64,000 nucleotides of DNA from Euprymna scolopes (GCA_053919585.1 CM132802.1), one strand, 5' to 3'. Numbered from the stretch's first letter, positions 27,190 to 40,659 are shown. Made by a program: numbers and translations. Notes: generated by a model not told the origin, from the sequence alone.

Positions 27190-27630
27190 CAGGAGGGGGG
27201 AAACAGGAAGTGAGTGAATTTCAGCGTCACAGCGCCGCGTTGTGACGAGTCGCTCAACTTCGCTGTTAAACTCTGCTGTCTCAGTTGTATATAGCGCGAC
27301 CTGTTCTTTTGCGGGTATTAAACTCCGCTAGCTGTGGGGTCAACTATTTGAATTATTCACCTCCGTCGACGTCAGTTTTGACAGATCTGTACATATTGGC
27401 ATTACCCTGCGAACAATCTTCGTGCACGTGTATGTGCACACGATCTCGAAACGCGTGTAATCTATTTATTAAACTGTTTTCGCAAAAAAATATTAATCGT
27501 TTATATTAAAAAAAGAATACATATTTATTAATGATTTGTAAACGCTTTAATTGTACATTTTTCATGAGTTTTCACAGTGTTGAATACAGGGTATTAAAGT
27601 AAACTGTTATCGTTTTCAGAACGAGGTATG
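27190..27630 (+). promoter_or_regulatory. Candidate promoter / non-coding first exon
   Basis: ETS-like CAGGAAGTG at ~27204, locally CpG-rich, Inr-like TCAGTT at 27281, donor-like GAG|GTATGT at ~27625. Confidence 0.3.
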
Positions 27631-28329
27631 TAAGAGGTAAAGTGGCTAACGGCAGGGACAGATGACCTCTGTGTCCGAAGATCGAACCCAGTTCCTCCCT
27701 CAAAAATCACTTTCACTTATGATGTTTACAACCTTCACCTAGTCCCTCTCTGCCTTTCTAGAAATAATTATGTCTAGAAAAATACTACAGGAAGGTTTTC
27801 ATACGATTTGGTTATTATCAGCATCAGTTCAGGTATTGATTGTTTCTCAGTAATATCAATTTCTTTGCTTATCTCTGTTTCTGTTTTCCGTTTGGTTTAA
27901 CTTTGCATTATCATCGACATGTATTCTCGTATTACTAGTTGCTCCATTTTTTTAAATAAAAGTACCTTATTATAGGTCCAATAACATGGTAAACCATAGA
28001 AAGTGAAGTCTGAATCAAAAATATAATATCAATTAAAATTCATTTTAGTTCTACATTTAAAATCTAATTTTATGTTAGAAAGTTACTCCAAATAATGGGT
28101 TTCTATAATTTCGAAACAATAAAATCCATAACATTAAAACAATACAAACCGGCTAAAGACACATACAAGAACGGTATTTCAATCATGTGAGACCTCTAAG
28201 GCCACTGTGCACTTTTAGTTTTGGAGGCGATAGAGTTTGAAAATAAGGAGACGGATAAGCAGCAAGGGAGACCGCAGAAAGACAGACATATAACATTTTA
28301 TATATTAGAATATTTTTATTATTAGCTCT

Positions 28330-28660
28330 CAAGGAGTTTTCACACAGGTCATCAGAGATCTCCCCTTGAAAATGACATGTGATGTTCCTTGGGAGTTGAG
28401 TGACAACAAGCCTCCCCAGATTTCCAGTTCTTTCCACCCATTTCGGTAAAATTTTCAAATGAATTTGCGTTATCGCAACTGTCGCTTAGCATTGATATCT
28501 CGTTGGCAGCGGCCATTGGTCTCCACTGGAATTTGAGTGGAAATAGGCCTTCCCAAGGTTGCAGTTCTTTTCGCGCTTGTCCAGCGGAGATCTGGTCATT
28601 GCTCTCTCTTCGGTCATTCTATCCTCCTTGACCCTTCTCGGCTATTTGGTATCACTCTTT
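28330..28660 (-). repeat. Dispersed repeat, probable non-LTR retroelement 3' end derivative
   Basis: Diverged copy at 40770-41075 (tttcacacaggt..cgc.cttgtccagc.gagat.tggtca.tgctctct..ttctcggctatttgg.at). Confidence 0.55.
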
Positions 28661-29052
28661 TGGAAGAGGAAGTGATAGGGCAACGGGAGAGGACGGGGGA
28701 AGGGATAGCGAACTTTGAGATATACAACTTTATTTTTCTTGGTTCTATTTGTTGTTGTTGTTTATGTTGTTGTTGTTGTTGTTGTTGCTGTGGTGGTGGT
28801 GGTGGTGGTGGTGTACCCACCAAGAACATTTTAAACTCCTGTTTCAGTAGTAATAATATGTTGTAGTATTTGAACTCAACCAGCTAGTGCTTTCTCTCCT
28901 CTGCCTTTCCGCCTTCCTGGACCCTCCTCACTTATTTGGTATGGTATCAGTGTATGATGATATGCACACGCACAAAAGTAATTTTATAACGTTTCAATTT
29001 TCATGATTTTGTAATCTTCCTTTTCTTCTTCTTCTACTTCTTCTTCTTCTTC

Positions 29053-29085
<33 letters not shown>

Positions 29086-29177
29086 GTAGTAGTAGTAGTA
29101 GTAGTATTAGTTGTAGAAATGTGTACCCACCAAGAATTCTTACAATCCTTATTTTTCATTAGTAATAACATGCACTA

Positions 29178-29478
29178 ATTTTCCCCACTCTTTATCTGTT
29201 CCAAAATCTAAAGGTAGATTTCAATGGACACAGCTTCCTTCTTAGAACTGCATATCTGTGGAACTCTGTTCGGGTTTCCTGATTTCCAACTGATTACAAT
29301 ATGGTTGTCTTCAAGTCCAACGTGAAGAAATTCTTGATGAGCCATTCCCTTAAGTAATCCAATTTACCAAATTTCCAATACTAACGATGATTGACATTTT
29401 CATCTTGACCACTGTACACTCATTAATCGTTACCCTCGAGTGGCCTCCTTGATAAATGATGACCCCTTTGTAAAAAAA
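29178..29478 (+). mobile_element. CR1-group LINE 3' fragment
   Basis: aattttccccactctttatctgt..cttagaactgca..ctgtggaact..gtcttcaagtc..ccttgataa..tgtaaaaaaa. Confidence 0.8.
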
Positions 29479-29827
29479 TTTATGTTGTACTTTTTGAGTC
29501 GAAATTTTCATAGTGCTTGACAATTCTTTGTATAATGAATTAGTTTGCGGGACTGCAACGACAGTTATTTAGTTTATTAAGGCCTTTATATTTTTAAGGA
29601 GTCTGAGGACCAATAAGTGACTATGCCCGTTCACTGCTCCCAGTAACCATCAAGTGAAAGTATGCAGGATACTTTTTTCTTCTTTTTTTACTTGATATTT
29701 CTAACTTTTTGGGACTCGCTCAATCAGTTACTGTCCGAGTGTTATTAATACATTTTTTGAATAAGAAGTGAATATCGAATTATGACATATTCATTCATTT
29801 CCTTTTTTTTTCTATTTTTACCACGAT

Positions 29828-29886
<59 letters not shown>

Positions 29887-30903
29887 ATTAATATTATTTA
29901 AACTCTTTTTTCTTCTTCGTTGCTTTTTGCGCATGTCACGGTAAAAATATCCTCGAATAATTGATAGTGTATTCATCGGCTTGAAAAAGGCAACTTTATG
30001 TATGTTTGGCGAAATCAGTAGCCATCTTGTCTCTGCTAGGCAATCGACGACGTGAAACTCGATGTCGCCGTTTCCCCTTCAAAAAAGAGACCGACAATAA
30101 ATAAAAAATATGACGATGACAGACATAGAAAAAAAAACAAACAAACAAACAACGCTGTGCAATTTTCTTGTTTTTTTTTATAATTCAGCACTTCCAAATA
30201 TATCGAACGTTGTTTGCTTATTAATAATCTTTCTGATGCTTTCATGCAAATATTTACAGTTTTTCGTTGCTTAATTCATAATCCTTTGTTCGGACGTTAT
30301 GGTAAAAAAAGAATGAAACTGCTTCCACTTGTTTCTTTGTGTTTTAGTTTTGCTCTTTGAAACTATTTTCGATTTGAGTATACCCAGACATAACCTATGT
30401 TAACATATTACAAAAAATACATTCAAAAAATTACAAAAGAAAAGCTAAACCATATTACTTATTTCTATGACAAAAAATCAATATAAAAATAAAAACAAGT
30501 TCTAATATGGGTCCTGTCTAAAAGATGAATGTATGTATATATATGTACGTAAACAACAGTGCGTTATATATTCCAGATATGTACCAGGGTTTATATAAAA
30601 GCGATTAAAAAAAACTTACAATGCAAATCCTTAACAAATCCCGATATGCATATAGTTCGAATAGAATTTAACAATCTCCGTTTTCATTGTGCAATGGATT
30701 AGCTTATGTGCCGCCTCTGAAAGGAATATAAACGAACTAAACACATAGTAGGTCCATTATAACCTTTAAATAAATAATTTGTATTATAGCTCTCATATAC
30801 TAACGAAACAACATTTTACTGATTCTGACATATACTGACGTATTGTATATATATGTATGTTTTCGCATTTTTTGTTTAATTTAAAGGTATGTATAAATCT
30901 GCC

Positions 30904-30936
<33 letters not shown>

Positions 30937-30949
30937 GTATATATATATA

Positions 30950-31109
30950 TATGTCAAGAATTGTAAATGTAAACTGAATACATGCAACAAATTGTAAGAC
31001 GGTCAACATCATTAAATTTGTAATATAGACTTTGTCATTTAGGAATCCTACCGTGGATGAAACTCGGAATATTCTGTGTAGCTTAATTGCCATACATATT
31101 TTTATAACT

Positions 31110-31159
<50 letters not shown>

Positions 31160-31160
31160 G

Positions 31161-31194
<34 letters not shown>

Positions 31195-31352
31195 CAGAGA
31201 GAATAAATGACAAAAAGTTACATTCCAAAATTTATGATGTTGACAACCTTATAATTTATTCCTTTAATTCAGTTGACTTATACAATTCTTGACAGTATCT
31301 GTTTCGGTAGCTCAAAATCAATCACTTAATTATTATATCAATCAGTGAATCT

Positions 31353-31398
<46 letters not shown>

Positions 31399-31530
31399 AT
31401 TAAGTGATTGACTTTGCACTACGAAACATATACTGTCAAGAATTGTATAAGTAAATTGAATGAAAGGAATACGTTATAATATGGTCAACATCATGAATTT
31501 TGGAATATAACTTTTTATCATTTATTTTCT
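30950..31530. repeat. Cluster of pLTR-like fragments, including a ~130 bp inverted pair (31200-31335 / 31392-31528) with hammerhead 3' halves
   Basis: GAA ACAG-ata-CTGT C on minus and GAAACATATACTGTC on plus; 31043-31110 is a fragment of the 31742 family. Confidence 0.55.
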
Positions 31531-31675
31531 ATATTGCTCTGTAATTACATTGAGCTTCTTATATAAGGATTGATATATAATACAAAAATATAATTCTACA
31601 GAAATCTAAATACAAATCTAAATATGTATATATATGTATAAAAGATTTTGGAATATTGACTTTGTCATTTATTCA

Positions 31676-31741
<66 letters not shown>

Positions 31742-31746
<5 letters not shown>

Positions 31747-32011
31747 ATTTATAAAATATATATGGCGACTAAGCTACACTGAATATTTTGCGTTTCATCC
31801 ACTGTAGGATTCGTCAGGCTTATGCGCATAAGCCCGACGAATCCTACAGTGGATGAAACGCAGAATAGTCAGTGTAGCTTAGTCACCATATATATTTTAT
31901 AAATTACTAACTAGCTCTACCTACGTATTGAGCACTTTTGAAGTAAATACTTAAAGTTTACGCATAAATCTATACTTTCGTATATTAAATTTATGTGAGT
32001 AAATGAAGTAG

Positions 32012-32015
<4 letters not shown>
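31742..32015. mobile_element. Palindromic hammerhead-bearing Penelope-like non-autonomous element
   Basis: Palindrome 31742-31909 centred on TATGCGCATA, then a ~100 bp tail beginning gctctacctacgtattgagcact; (TA)n on both sides; related copy at 42241-42515. Confidence 0.75.
31770..31822 (-). ncRNA. Type I hammerhead ribozyme (intact core, GUA)
   Basis: Minus: TAAGC CTGACGA ATCC-tacagt-GGAT GAA ACGC..GTGT A GCTTA; the plus arm 31829-31881 has CCGACGA (T>C). Confidence 0.8.
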
Positions 32016-32050
<35 letters not shown>

Positions 32051-32984
32051 ATTTTGGAATATTGACTTTGTCATTTATTCATTAATATATCTATATATCT
32101 ATCTATCTATCTATCTATATATATAATATGATTGTTAGCGTTTTTGTAGCGCGAAACGAGGTTATTATTTTTTCAGCTACCTTACCTTTTTTTTAAGAGC
32201 TATAAGCATATTTTTTGTTCATATATCTATATGAATGAATTGTCCTCATTTTTTATGCGACGTATTTATTTATTATTATGTGAGATTTTTTTAATATACT
32301 TATAGATTTTTGTTTATACATGGTGCGGCAGAAATATATCCTATACTTTGACATGCAATCTTCTTAAGAGCAATCATTATTTTGCCTGGATTAAATTGCA
32401 TATCAGTGTGTAGAATTCTTTTAGGCGTTTGAGCAGACAATTTTAATGGCAAAGCATGTTTGCGAGCTGAAGGTTTAGGTGACTAAGAAACAGAAGATCT
32501 TACAGTTCAAATAAGTTTTGGCGTTCGAAAGCTTCAAGGCCTTTCAGGTGTCTTGCATTTAAGTGGCAGACATATAGCGCTGAAATTTGCAACGATGCAG
32601 TATTAATTTTCTGTATAGAATAGCACCATGGCTTGTAATGAAGGAAGAAAGCTCTCGTTCTTGTACGTACAGATTCGCTATTTATCGAAAACATTTTTAC
32701 ATTAAAAGCATGATGTGTACCCGTCCAAATTATATTGCTTGATGAGGATACTTGAAAACAATAGGATGTTATTAGCTAAATGAAAACATCATTGGCACTT
32801 ACATAAGTTAATTAGCGACATATAGTTGAACGTTTCAAATATAGGACAAATGTTTGCTGCAGACTTTAGTGTACCTATTTCTATAATCAATCAATGACAC
32901 AGCTCAATAAAATCATGAAAACTGCAGACTAGCAATTCTAGATTCGAGTTTCGCACTTTATATTGCTCATAAGTAGAACATATT

Positions 32985-33053
32985 CACAACCAGGATTTGA
33001 CACCCTAGTCGATTGCGTACAAGACAAGTACTCTGTCACCTGAGTAACCACGG
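32985..33053 (-). repeat. Degenerate tRNA-like SINE head
   Basis: Minus: gtggttactcaggtgacagagtacttgtcttgtacgcaatcgactagggtgtcaaatcctgg with A-box-like and B-box-like segments. Confidence 0.35.
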
Positions 33054-33077
33054 TTTACACATATCAAAATGTCAATA

Positions 33078-33380
33078 ATTTTCCCCACTCTTTATCGGTG
33101 CGTAAACCAAAACGCAGATTCCATGAACAAAGTTTCTTTCTTAGAACTGCACGACTGTGGACTCTCTCCCGTTATACTTTTTTTCTATTTGACTAAATTT
33201 GGTTGTCTTCAAGTTCAATCTAAACAAATTCTTAATGAACCGTCTCCTTAAGTAATTCAATTTACGAAATTTCTACTATTTACAATTAATATACTATCCC
33301 ATTGACTACTGCACAATCAATATCCCTTATCCTCAAGTGACCTCCGGCCTTGATATGTGGTGATCCCTATGTAAAAAAAA
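33078..33380 (+). mobile_element. CR1-group LINE 3' fragment
   Basis: Matches the 3' ~300 bp of 59254-59926. Confidence 0.8.
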
Positions 33381-34319
33381 TGGGATGAAGTCCGATTATG
33401 GATTTGACATGTTTCTTATCAACAATAAATAATTCAGATCGATTTCTGCTGAATAGGATATGATACTCGTGATGATGATGTTATAAATCGTCGATAGCTT
33501 TGTTAGATAAAATGCGTTTTGAATATAATACACAACTAGTTATGCAAGTAAATGTGTGGCACAATGAAAAGCGCCCCCTTTAGAGGGATCTCGCGCGTGT
33601 AGATTATTAAACTTTATACCTTACTTGTGACTGACTGAGTGCGTCGGAAGGCGAGAAAGTAAAGCGTTATTATTAAAAAAAGAACATGACGGCTTCAGAA
33701 ACTATTGTCAATTAGGTATGACTCGAGACAAGACTGACATTTCTTTATAATATTAACTCAGTTAAAACGATATAAGACCTAGAATTTGAAAGGTCAAACC
33801 CGAAAGATCTCATGATGGGATGCAAAAACAAAACAATGTTTAAATGTTATGGATGCATATCTTTTTTCTCGCTTTCATTCTCTTTCTCGTTTTCTCTCAT
33901 TTTAGTCCCTTTCTCTCTCTCCATTGATGACAGAGAGGAGAATTAAATTATAGTTGTGTTTTTTTTTCTTAAACGTGTGGAAGCTTCTATTCTGCACACG
34001 GCGGACGTGACATAGCAGTTTGGCTGCATGCGTCGGGTCTCAACGTGCCTTAATTTAAAAATGCTCGACAATTGTAAAACGTAAAATAAATTATATATTT
34101 TTTATGCAAATGCATTTGTCACTATTTTTTACAAGCGTTAACTTTTAGCATGCGGTGCCTGTCATTTAAGCAGAGGATGGAAATGCCTGTAACGACGCAA
34201 TGAAGACTCAATAAGCGACTCTGCCATCGGTTAAACCGACTACATCTGAACCTTTAGCTATTTCCACGTGCCTATCCTTTGAGATTGTGCCTAACACCCA
34301 CAGAGCTCGTTTTCCTAAC

Positions 34320-34525
34320 CAAGTAACTCTAACCGGAAACGATAGTGTCATATTGGTGCCCTGACTAGGATACACCATGAGTTATTAAAAAAACACAACA
34401 TCAGGCATAATCACTAAACGATCACGATAGTGTCATATTGACGCCTGAAAACCAGGATACCCCCTGAGAGAAAATCCACGGGCAAAACCCAAGAACTCAA
34501 CAACTCTCCCCGGAAACGATAGCTT
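34320..34525. repeat. Short degenerate tandem repeat
   Basis: aacgatagtgtcatattg..aggatac unit occurs two to three times (34338, 34425, 34514). Confidence 0.45.
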
Positions 34526-37500
34526 CATAAATGTTTACATCTAACAAGAGATCATATATGTCTGATATTTAGAAATGATATTCAAACAATAAAATGTTAT
34601 AATTTTTAATTTTAAAGAGGTTACTTTATTATTTTACTCGATTCCTAAAAAACGTATTCGTAGCATGAAAACATTTGTGTTCTTTATTTTTTATATATTG
34701 AACGTTTTTGCATATTAGAAAACCATAATAATATTTTTTTTTCTATTTTAAAATCGCATTTTGTTTTATTTCAATTTCTTTTACGATTTCCCATACATAG
34801 TGCCTCGCAAATGTGAAAATGATTTTATTCCAACTTGTAACCTTTAGAACAAAACATAACCCAGTATCAGTGGCTTCTAAATAATGATATCTTGCAGTTA
34901 AATCTATTATGATGATATATGTGTTCATTACATGGGTAAAAATACATCTCTGAATAGATTATATGAAAAGAATATTATACAAGATTTGAACGTATAGTAG
35001 AACAATATATTATCCAATCGCATTCCTCTTTTATCAGGTAAATTGGTTCGTTATATTTATATTTATAACATGAAATTCATTGTGGCACTACAAGTACATA
35101 CGCCACTTTTAAATCTGCTATGACCACACAACTTACCAATGACTGCTACATGTTTTACCGATATTTTCAGTCGATATTTTTCAATATCGTAAGGTCCTAT
35201 AATATTTCCTAAAAGTCACTCTAAAAAAAACAACTCATATTTACAGATACTAACAGAATACTTACTCAGTCATTGTTTTTCTTCTACATCTCCTTGACGA
35301 GGTTGCGAACTTAAATAAATTGGCCATATTTCTTTCGCAACAGCGACGGTTGTGTTTATGTTCTTATTCTGTAGATTTGACGTTCGTCCTTTCGACTCAG
35401 TTGCTACAATACTACCCCCTCTCAATGAATTATATTGTTCTGGTACATTTGTTGGCTGTTAAAAAATAGGATAAGGGAGATGCCACGTTACCGAAACGTG
35501 GAACAGTTTAAAAACTTACCGAGAATTAAACAACATGGCGTTAAGAGAAAAATAACTTAGATTCTAACGCCGCACAATATCTACCTTTATACGCTTCGTC
35601 TGCTTCGACACATCAATCAGATTATATGCCTGACACCCCGGTCCTTAAAAATCAACTGTTTTATCTTTATTTACTAATTGTCATTGTCGTCTCTGGTCAA
35701 AAATTTTACGCATATAAAAATAAAAAAGAATATGAAATCATAAACGCGGTAATTACGTTATGAAAGTGAAGATAGACAAAGGCTTCTACTCTTCACAACA
35801 TTTCTAAGTTTAAAACATTGCACAAATTCCTAATGCGATCAGTAAAATTATTACATTCCATATATTACATATTTTTTTTAATGTGTACTGTATTCATGCG
35901 CATATCAATTAGCAAATGAATACTTATCCCGAATACATACTGCGCTAAAACATGACCGTTATAATTATGAAACCTATAATCGGTGGTTGCAGCTCGTTGT
36001 AAATATTATTGACTTTTAAACCAACATTTACACAAACCAGACCGTATGAAGTGTATATTAACTTAAACGACTCATCTAAAAATAGCATGGTATGTATTAT
36101 GTACAAAAACATATTTAAACGGAAGCTCTCCAGTGAGATTACGTAGAACAAAGAATGTGGCGTACCTTGCTTGGCTCAAGCAGGAAAATAACCTGAGAAG
36201 AGTTAGTGCTGTCTTTGACAAAATATTGTTAAGGCAGCAAATGTCCACCAGGCCCTGAAGGTAAACGCCAATATCCGCTACTAACGGGCTTAAAATTGAT
36301 GTAACAATCTCGAACAGAAGTAACTCCCTAAAAATTGCAGTAACAGCCGGTGTCCGCCACTGACAGAAAGCGACAATGAATACCTTAAAAGAGAAATAAC
36401 AATGATTCGTGACGATGCCCTCCACTAGATGAGAGTTTTATACGATTGAGGAAGTTGGGTTAACCAATATTATTTGCAAGTATCTGCGAAAGGTCGCTAA
36501 TGCCATCTAAAGGGCGCCGGTGGTTGTCAGTGCGCGCCACTGTCAAGAATTGAGAATAACTAATAGTTAGAGCCCTGCTCACTAGTTACCCTCAATCCCT
36601 ATTACATCCGCCAGTGAATAGCAGTGCCCGCCACTGGATGACAATACCTGACAATTACAACAGTTCATGACAAAGACGTGATTTCATTTAGAACAGTCCA
36701 AAAGTTGCCGACACTGGTCATGATCGATATATCCTAACAATGACTCATACTTGATGAGGAAGCCAGACACCCACCTACCGTAAACACATATAATCGTCCC
36801 AATCCCCAATGAACATCCGTAATCTTACTTGTAGACTGACATTTTTATATTGGAGCAGTGCAATGGAAAACAATTCTAGACATTGCCGAGATTGAACGCA
36901 ACGTACTGATAGTGACAGTTCTAAATCAGCTATTGTCCACCAGTATACGCACGTAACACCCTAAAAATAGCATTGAATGCGAGTGACTATCACTGCCCGC
37001 CAAAGGCATCCAGTGACCGCTAGTAGATGCGAATTCCCTACAATACACGGCAATTAAAGGCATACGATTTAAGTTCCAAGCAGTCCAATGGAGGCTGATA
37101 TTAATCAGAAACGTTAGTGATTGTCAGTAGCAAAGACAACCAGTCCCCACCAGTAAACACCCAGTAGCTTCGAGCAACAGGCAGAAAGACAAATTCACTG
37201 ACTCACTGACTACCGACCTAAAGAAAAAAATATTAGCAAGCTTTTTGCGGTATAAAATGCTAAGGAAGGGTGTTGTAGGGTTCACTTATGCATAAGATAT
37301 GGACTTTCTTGAATTTTATAAATAGACTGTACGATTAATATGTGCACTTTCATAATACGCAATGTTGGCGGTACTTGATACGACTGTTGCCCTCTATACA
37401 TTCTGTTTGTTTTAATACAATTCTCCTTTTCTAACCCATATTTACGTCCACGTTTTCCTTAGTGATCCTTCCAGGCCACGAATTTATTATTAATATTTAT

Positions 37501-38265
37501 GCATCTGGAGTAGTCGCACAGTCCATTATCAAAGATTTTTCTTGGANNNNNNNNNNNNNNNNNNNNNNNNNNNNNNNNNNNNNNNNNNNNNNNNNNNNNN
37601 NNNNNNNNNNNNNNNNNNNNNNNNNNNNNNNNNNNNNNNNNNNNNNNNNNNNNNNNNNNNNNNNNNNNNNNNNNNNNNNTGTCTGGCAGTTGTTATTGTC
37701 TATTACATGCTAAATAATGACGATATGTTAACAGTATCTTCTTTTCTCTGTTTTCAATCACTTTCCGCAAGATTCACGCGGTTCCCAACTGGACACTATT
37801 CCTAAGTACTTCAACATTGCAATGGATCCCAATTATATAAATCCATTTATTAAATACTTTTGACGCACTTTTCGGGGCTCCCATAATAACACGTACAAAG
37901 TCTAATAACTTCCACAATATTTTCATGTCCATTTTGTGTTCTATTTCCCGTGACATTTATCACAGCATTCTATTTTTTTCCTGTCTACAGTGCCATACGA
38001 ATTCCAATACATGGATATACATTTTTCCTTTTGGAACTTCAGATGAATTGCCTTTCATTTTAGCCTTCAAGTCGTACCTTAACACATTTAGCTGTTCATA
38101 ACCTGGTAGATGCTTTCAATATTTCAAATGATAATGCCGGTCTATGTTATTTTTGCCAGTGTGTTAAGATTGTCACATCCGTTCAAATTACTATAGTAAT
38201 AATCATTGATGTCTTTATATTTCTGTTGTCTAATTACTTACAATATTAGATTCCAAAATTTATTG

Positions 38266-39992
38266 TTCCATGTTCTAAACCAGCCGATAAGTCCACTCCC
38301 TCTCAGTACAGACCAATAAGTCTCCTGTATGTCATAAGTAAGCTGCTGGAATCAATATTAAATATATAAGTAGTCAACAACCTCAGCAGAAACAACCTTC
38401 CTAGTAACATACAATATGATTTCCGTTCTGCCAGATCTACAGCAGATGTGCTTACTCTTATATCACACAGGATTAGCGAATCTCTTGACAAAAGGTTTCC
38501 TTTCTAGGGCAATTGCTCTTGACATATCAAAGGCCTTTGATAATGTATGGCATAAGGGCCTACTTCACGAGATTTCCAGCTACGGTATAACTGGAAATGT
38601 TTTCTCGATCATAAAATCATTTTCTCTCCGATAGGCTCATAAGAGTAGTAGTTGATGGGCAGAAATCAGAGGTCATCAATATTAATGCTGGAGTCCTTCA
38701 AGGGTCCATCATAGGCCGAACTCTCTTCCTGATATATATCAATGATCTCCCAAAATACATACTTTAATCATTCGTTGACATCTATGCCGATGACACAACC
38801 ATTTATGGCAACACATCAAAGGCCGTAAATGACAAAGTTCTCTCAGATTCTCTCCACTCTGATCTTGAGCGCGTGGTACAGTGGAGGAGGAGGTAGCTGG
38901 TTGCTTTTAATGCATCCAAAACCAAGCTCGTATCCTTACATCATCAACGCTCTGATCCCCATCGGGCATCAATTGATATGGGTGGCTCTCGTCTTCGGGA
39001 AACTATGTTTTGCTTAGATTCTGGGCTTGACCTTTACCCCTGACCTGAAATGGAATCAAGTCAGTTGCCAAGACCGCTGGAAAAATGGTAGGATCCTTCT
39101 ACCGCTCCAGAAGATATCTCACCCCTGATGCAAATCTCTATATGTATAACAGCCAAGTACGTCCAAGGATGGAGTACTACTGCCACATCTGGGCAGGAGC
39201 TGCTAAAAACAGCCTATTCTGCCTTTCTAGAGTACAAAATAGGCTTCGTGGCATTGTGGGCGATGTCCTTTTTTTACACGGTGGTCACCACTTATCAAGG
39301 CCCGGAAGCCACTCAGGGATAAGGGTTATTGCAAGTACAGTACGTTAGTGTGGAGATTTGATGAAGTGTTTACTTAGGGGGGACGGTTCATTAGGAATTT
39401 GTTAACGTTGGACTTGAAGAAATCCAAGTTGTAGTCAGGTGGGAAGCAGGAAGACGGAACAGATGTCCACAGGCGTGCAGCTTTGTTCATGGAATCTACG
39501 TTTTGATTTAGGCACAGATAAAGAGGGGGGGAAATTTTTCACAGTGGATTCAGCTAAACGGGTGTTTTCTCTTCCCAATGGAGAGAGGTTGGGAACCTGT
39601 CTTTGTTTTATCGTTACTACCATGGCAGGTGCTCGTCTGAACTCCAATCTCTAGTCCTCCCTTCGCCAATCTTTCACGATAAACACCCGCCTAGCTGAAA
39701 CCACTGTAAAAAATTTTCCCCAGTCCTTATCTGTGCCAAAATCAAAACGAAGATTCTATGAACAAAGCTTCTTTCTTAGAAATGCACGCCTGTGGAACTA
39801 TGTTCCGGTTGCCTGTTTCCAACCTGACAAAAACCTGGATGTCTTCAAGTCTAAGGTGAACAAATTCATGATGACTCGCCTCTTTAAAAAAGAAACTTTA
39901 TCAAATCTCCAACACTAACGTACTGTGCACACAATACCCTTATCCCGAGTTGCTTCCGGGCCTTGATATGTGATGACTACCTTGTAAAAAGA
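38266..39992 (+). mobile_element. CR1-group LINE, decayed reverse transcriptase and 3' UTR
   Basis: YRPISLL, FRSARSTAD, RAIALDISKAFDNVWHKGLL, INAGVLQGSIIGRTLFLIYINDLP, YADD (38784), QVRPRMEYYCHIWAGAAK; frameshifts and stops. Confidence 0.92.
39268..39585 (-). mobile_element. Antisense 3' fragment of the same LINE family nested in 38266-39992
   Basis: ttttttacac..tcaccacttatcaaggcccggaagccactcagggataaggg is the reverse complement of the family 3' end at 39935-39992. Confidence 0.85.
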
Positions 39993-40625
39993 AAACTGGT
40001 CTTGTTTTTATTCATAAAATATCTCAGGTTTGGATATTTCCGTTTGTACATTCCAAAGAAGTTTACATTGTTGTTTTCCTGTACAATGTCTGGTTAATGT
40101 TCATAGCACATCCTATTGTGACCCAGTAACATAATTTGCATATATTCAATTAGAAGACCTCAAGGATCTTGTCGTGCCTCCATTTTTTATATTAATGTTG
40201 AACTAGCTTAAAAGCTACTGATATAATAGTCGCTCATATTTCTTTCATTTCCTATAGTGTTTGATGAACCTCGTTGGAATGGCTAAAAGGCTCTCAGAAT
40301 GTTTTTTTTAAAGATTACCCATAGTCAACCAATGCCAGAACTTATTACCGGAATATTTAATATTCTTACAGGACAGTTTTTTGTCCACATGATTATTTTC
40401 CATGTGGCTTGAAAACTCTGACCCTTGTTTCCACCAGGTCTTCGTATGTTTTCCCCTTTTTTTACGTGACGAGAAATGTCATGAGATTCGGAAATATATT
40501 TATTTAGTCTTCTGTCCTTTTTATTTACAACATATTTAAGATACAAATCACATTCTTTTCTAGGGAGATACACTCGATTTACACCATTTTTCTTAGCAAG
40601 AGTCTTATTGTTGTTTACATTCTCA

Positions 40626-40659
<34 letters not shown>

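Larger units (their letters stand above)
37700..40600 (-). mobile_element. Decayed R4/Dong-like LINE interrupted by a CR1-group LINE
   Basis: ORF 37774-37956: ILWKLLDFVRVIMGAPKSASKVFNKWIYIIGIHCNVEVLRNSVQLGTA resembles the REL C-terminus; continuation beyond 39990 is inferred. Confidence 0.55.

Noticed and set aside
32985-33053. Functional tRNA gene
   Set aside because: The cloverleaf does not close; more likely a decayed SINE head.
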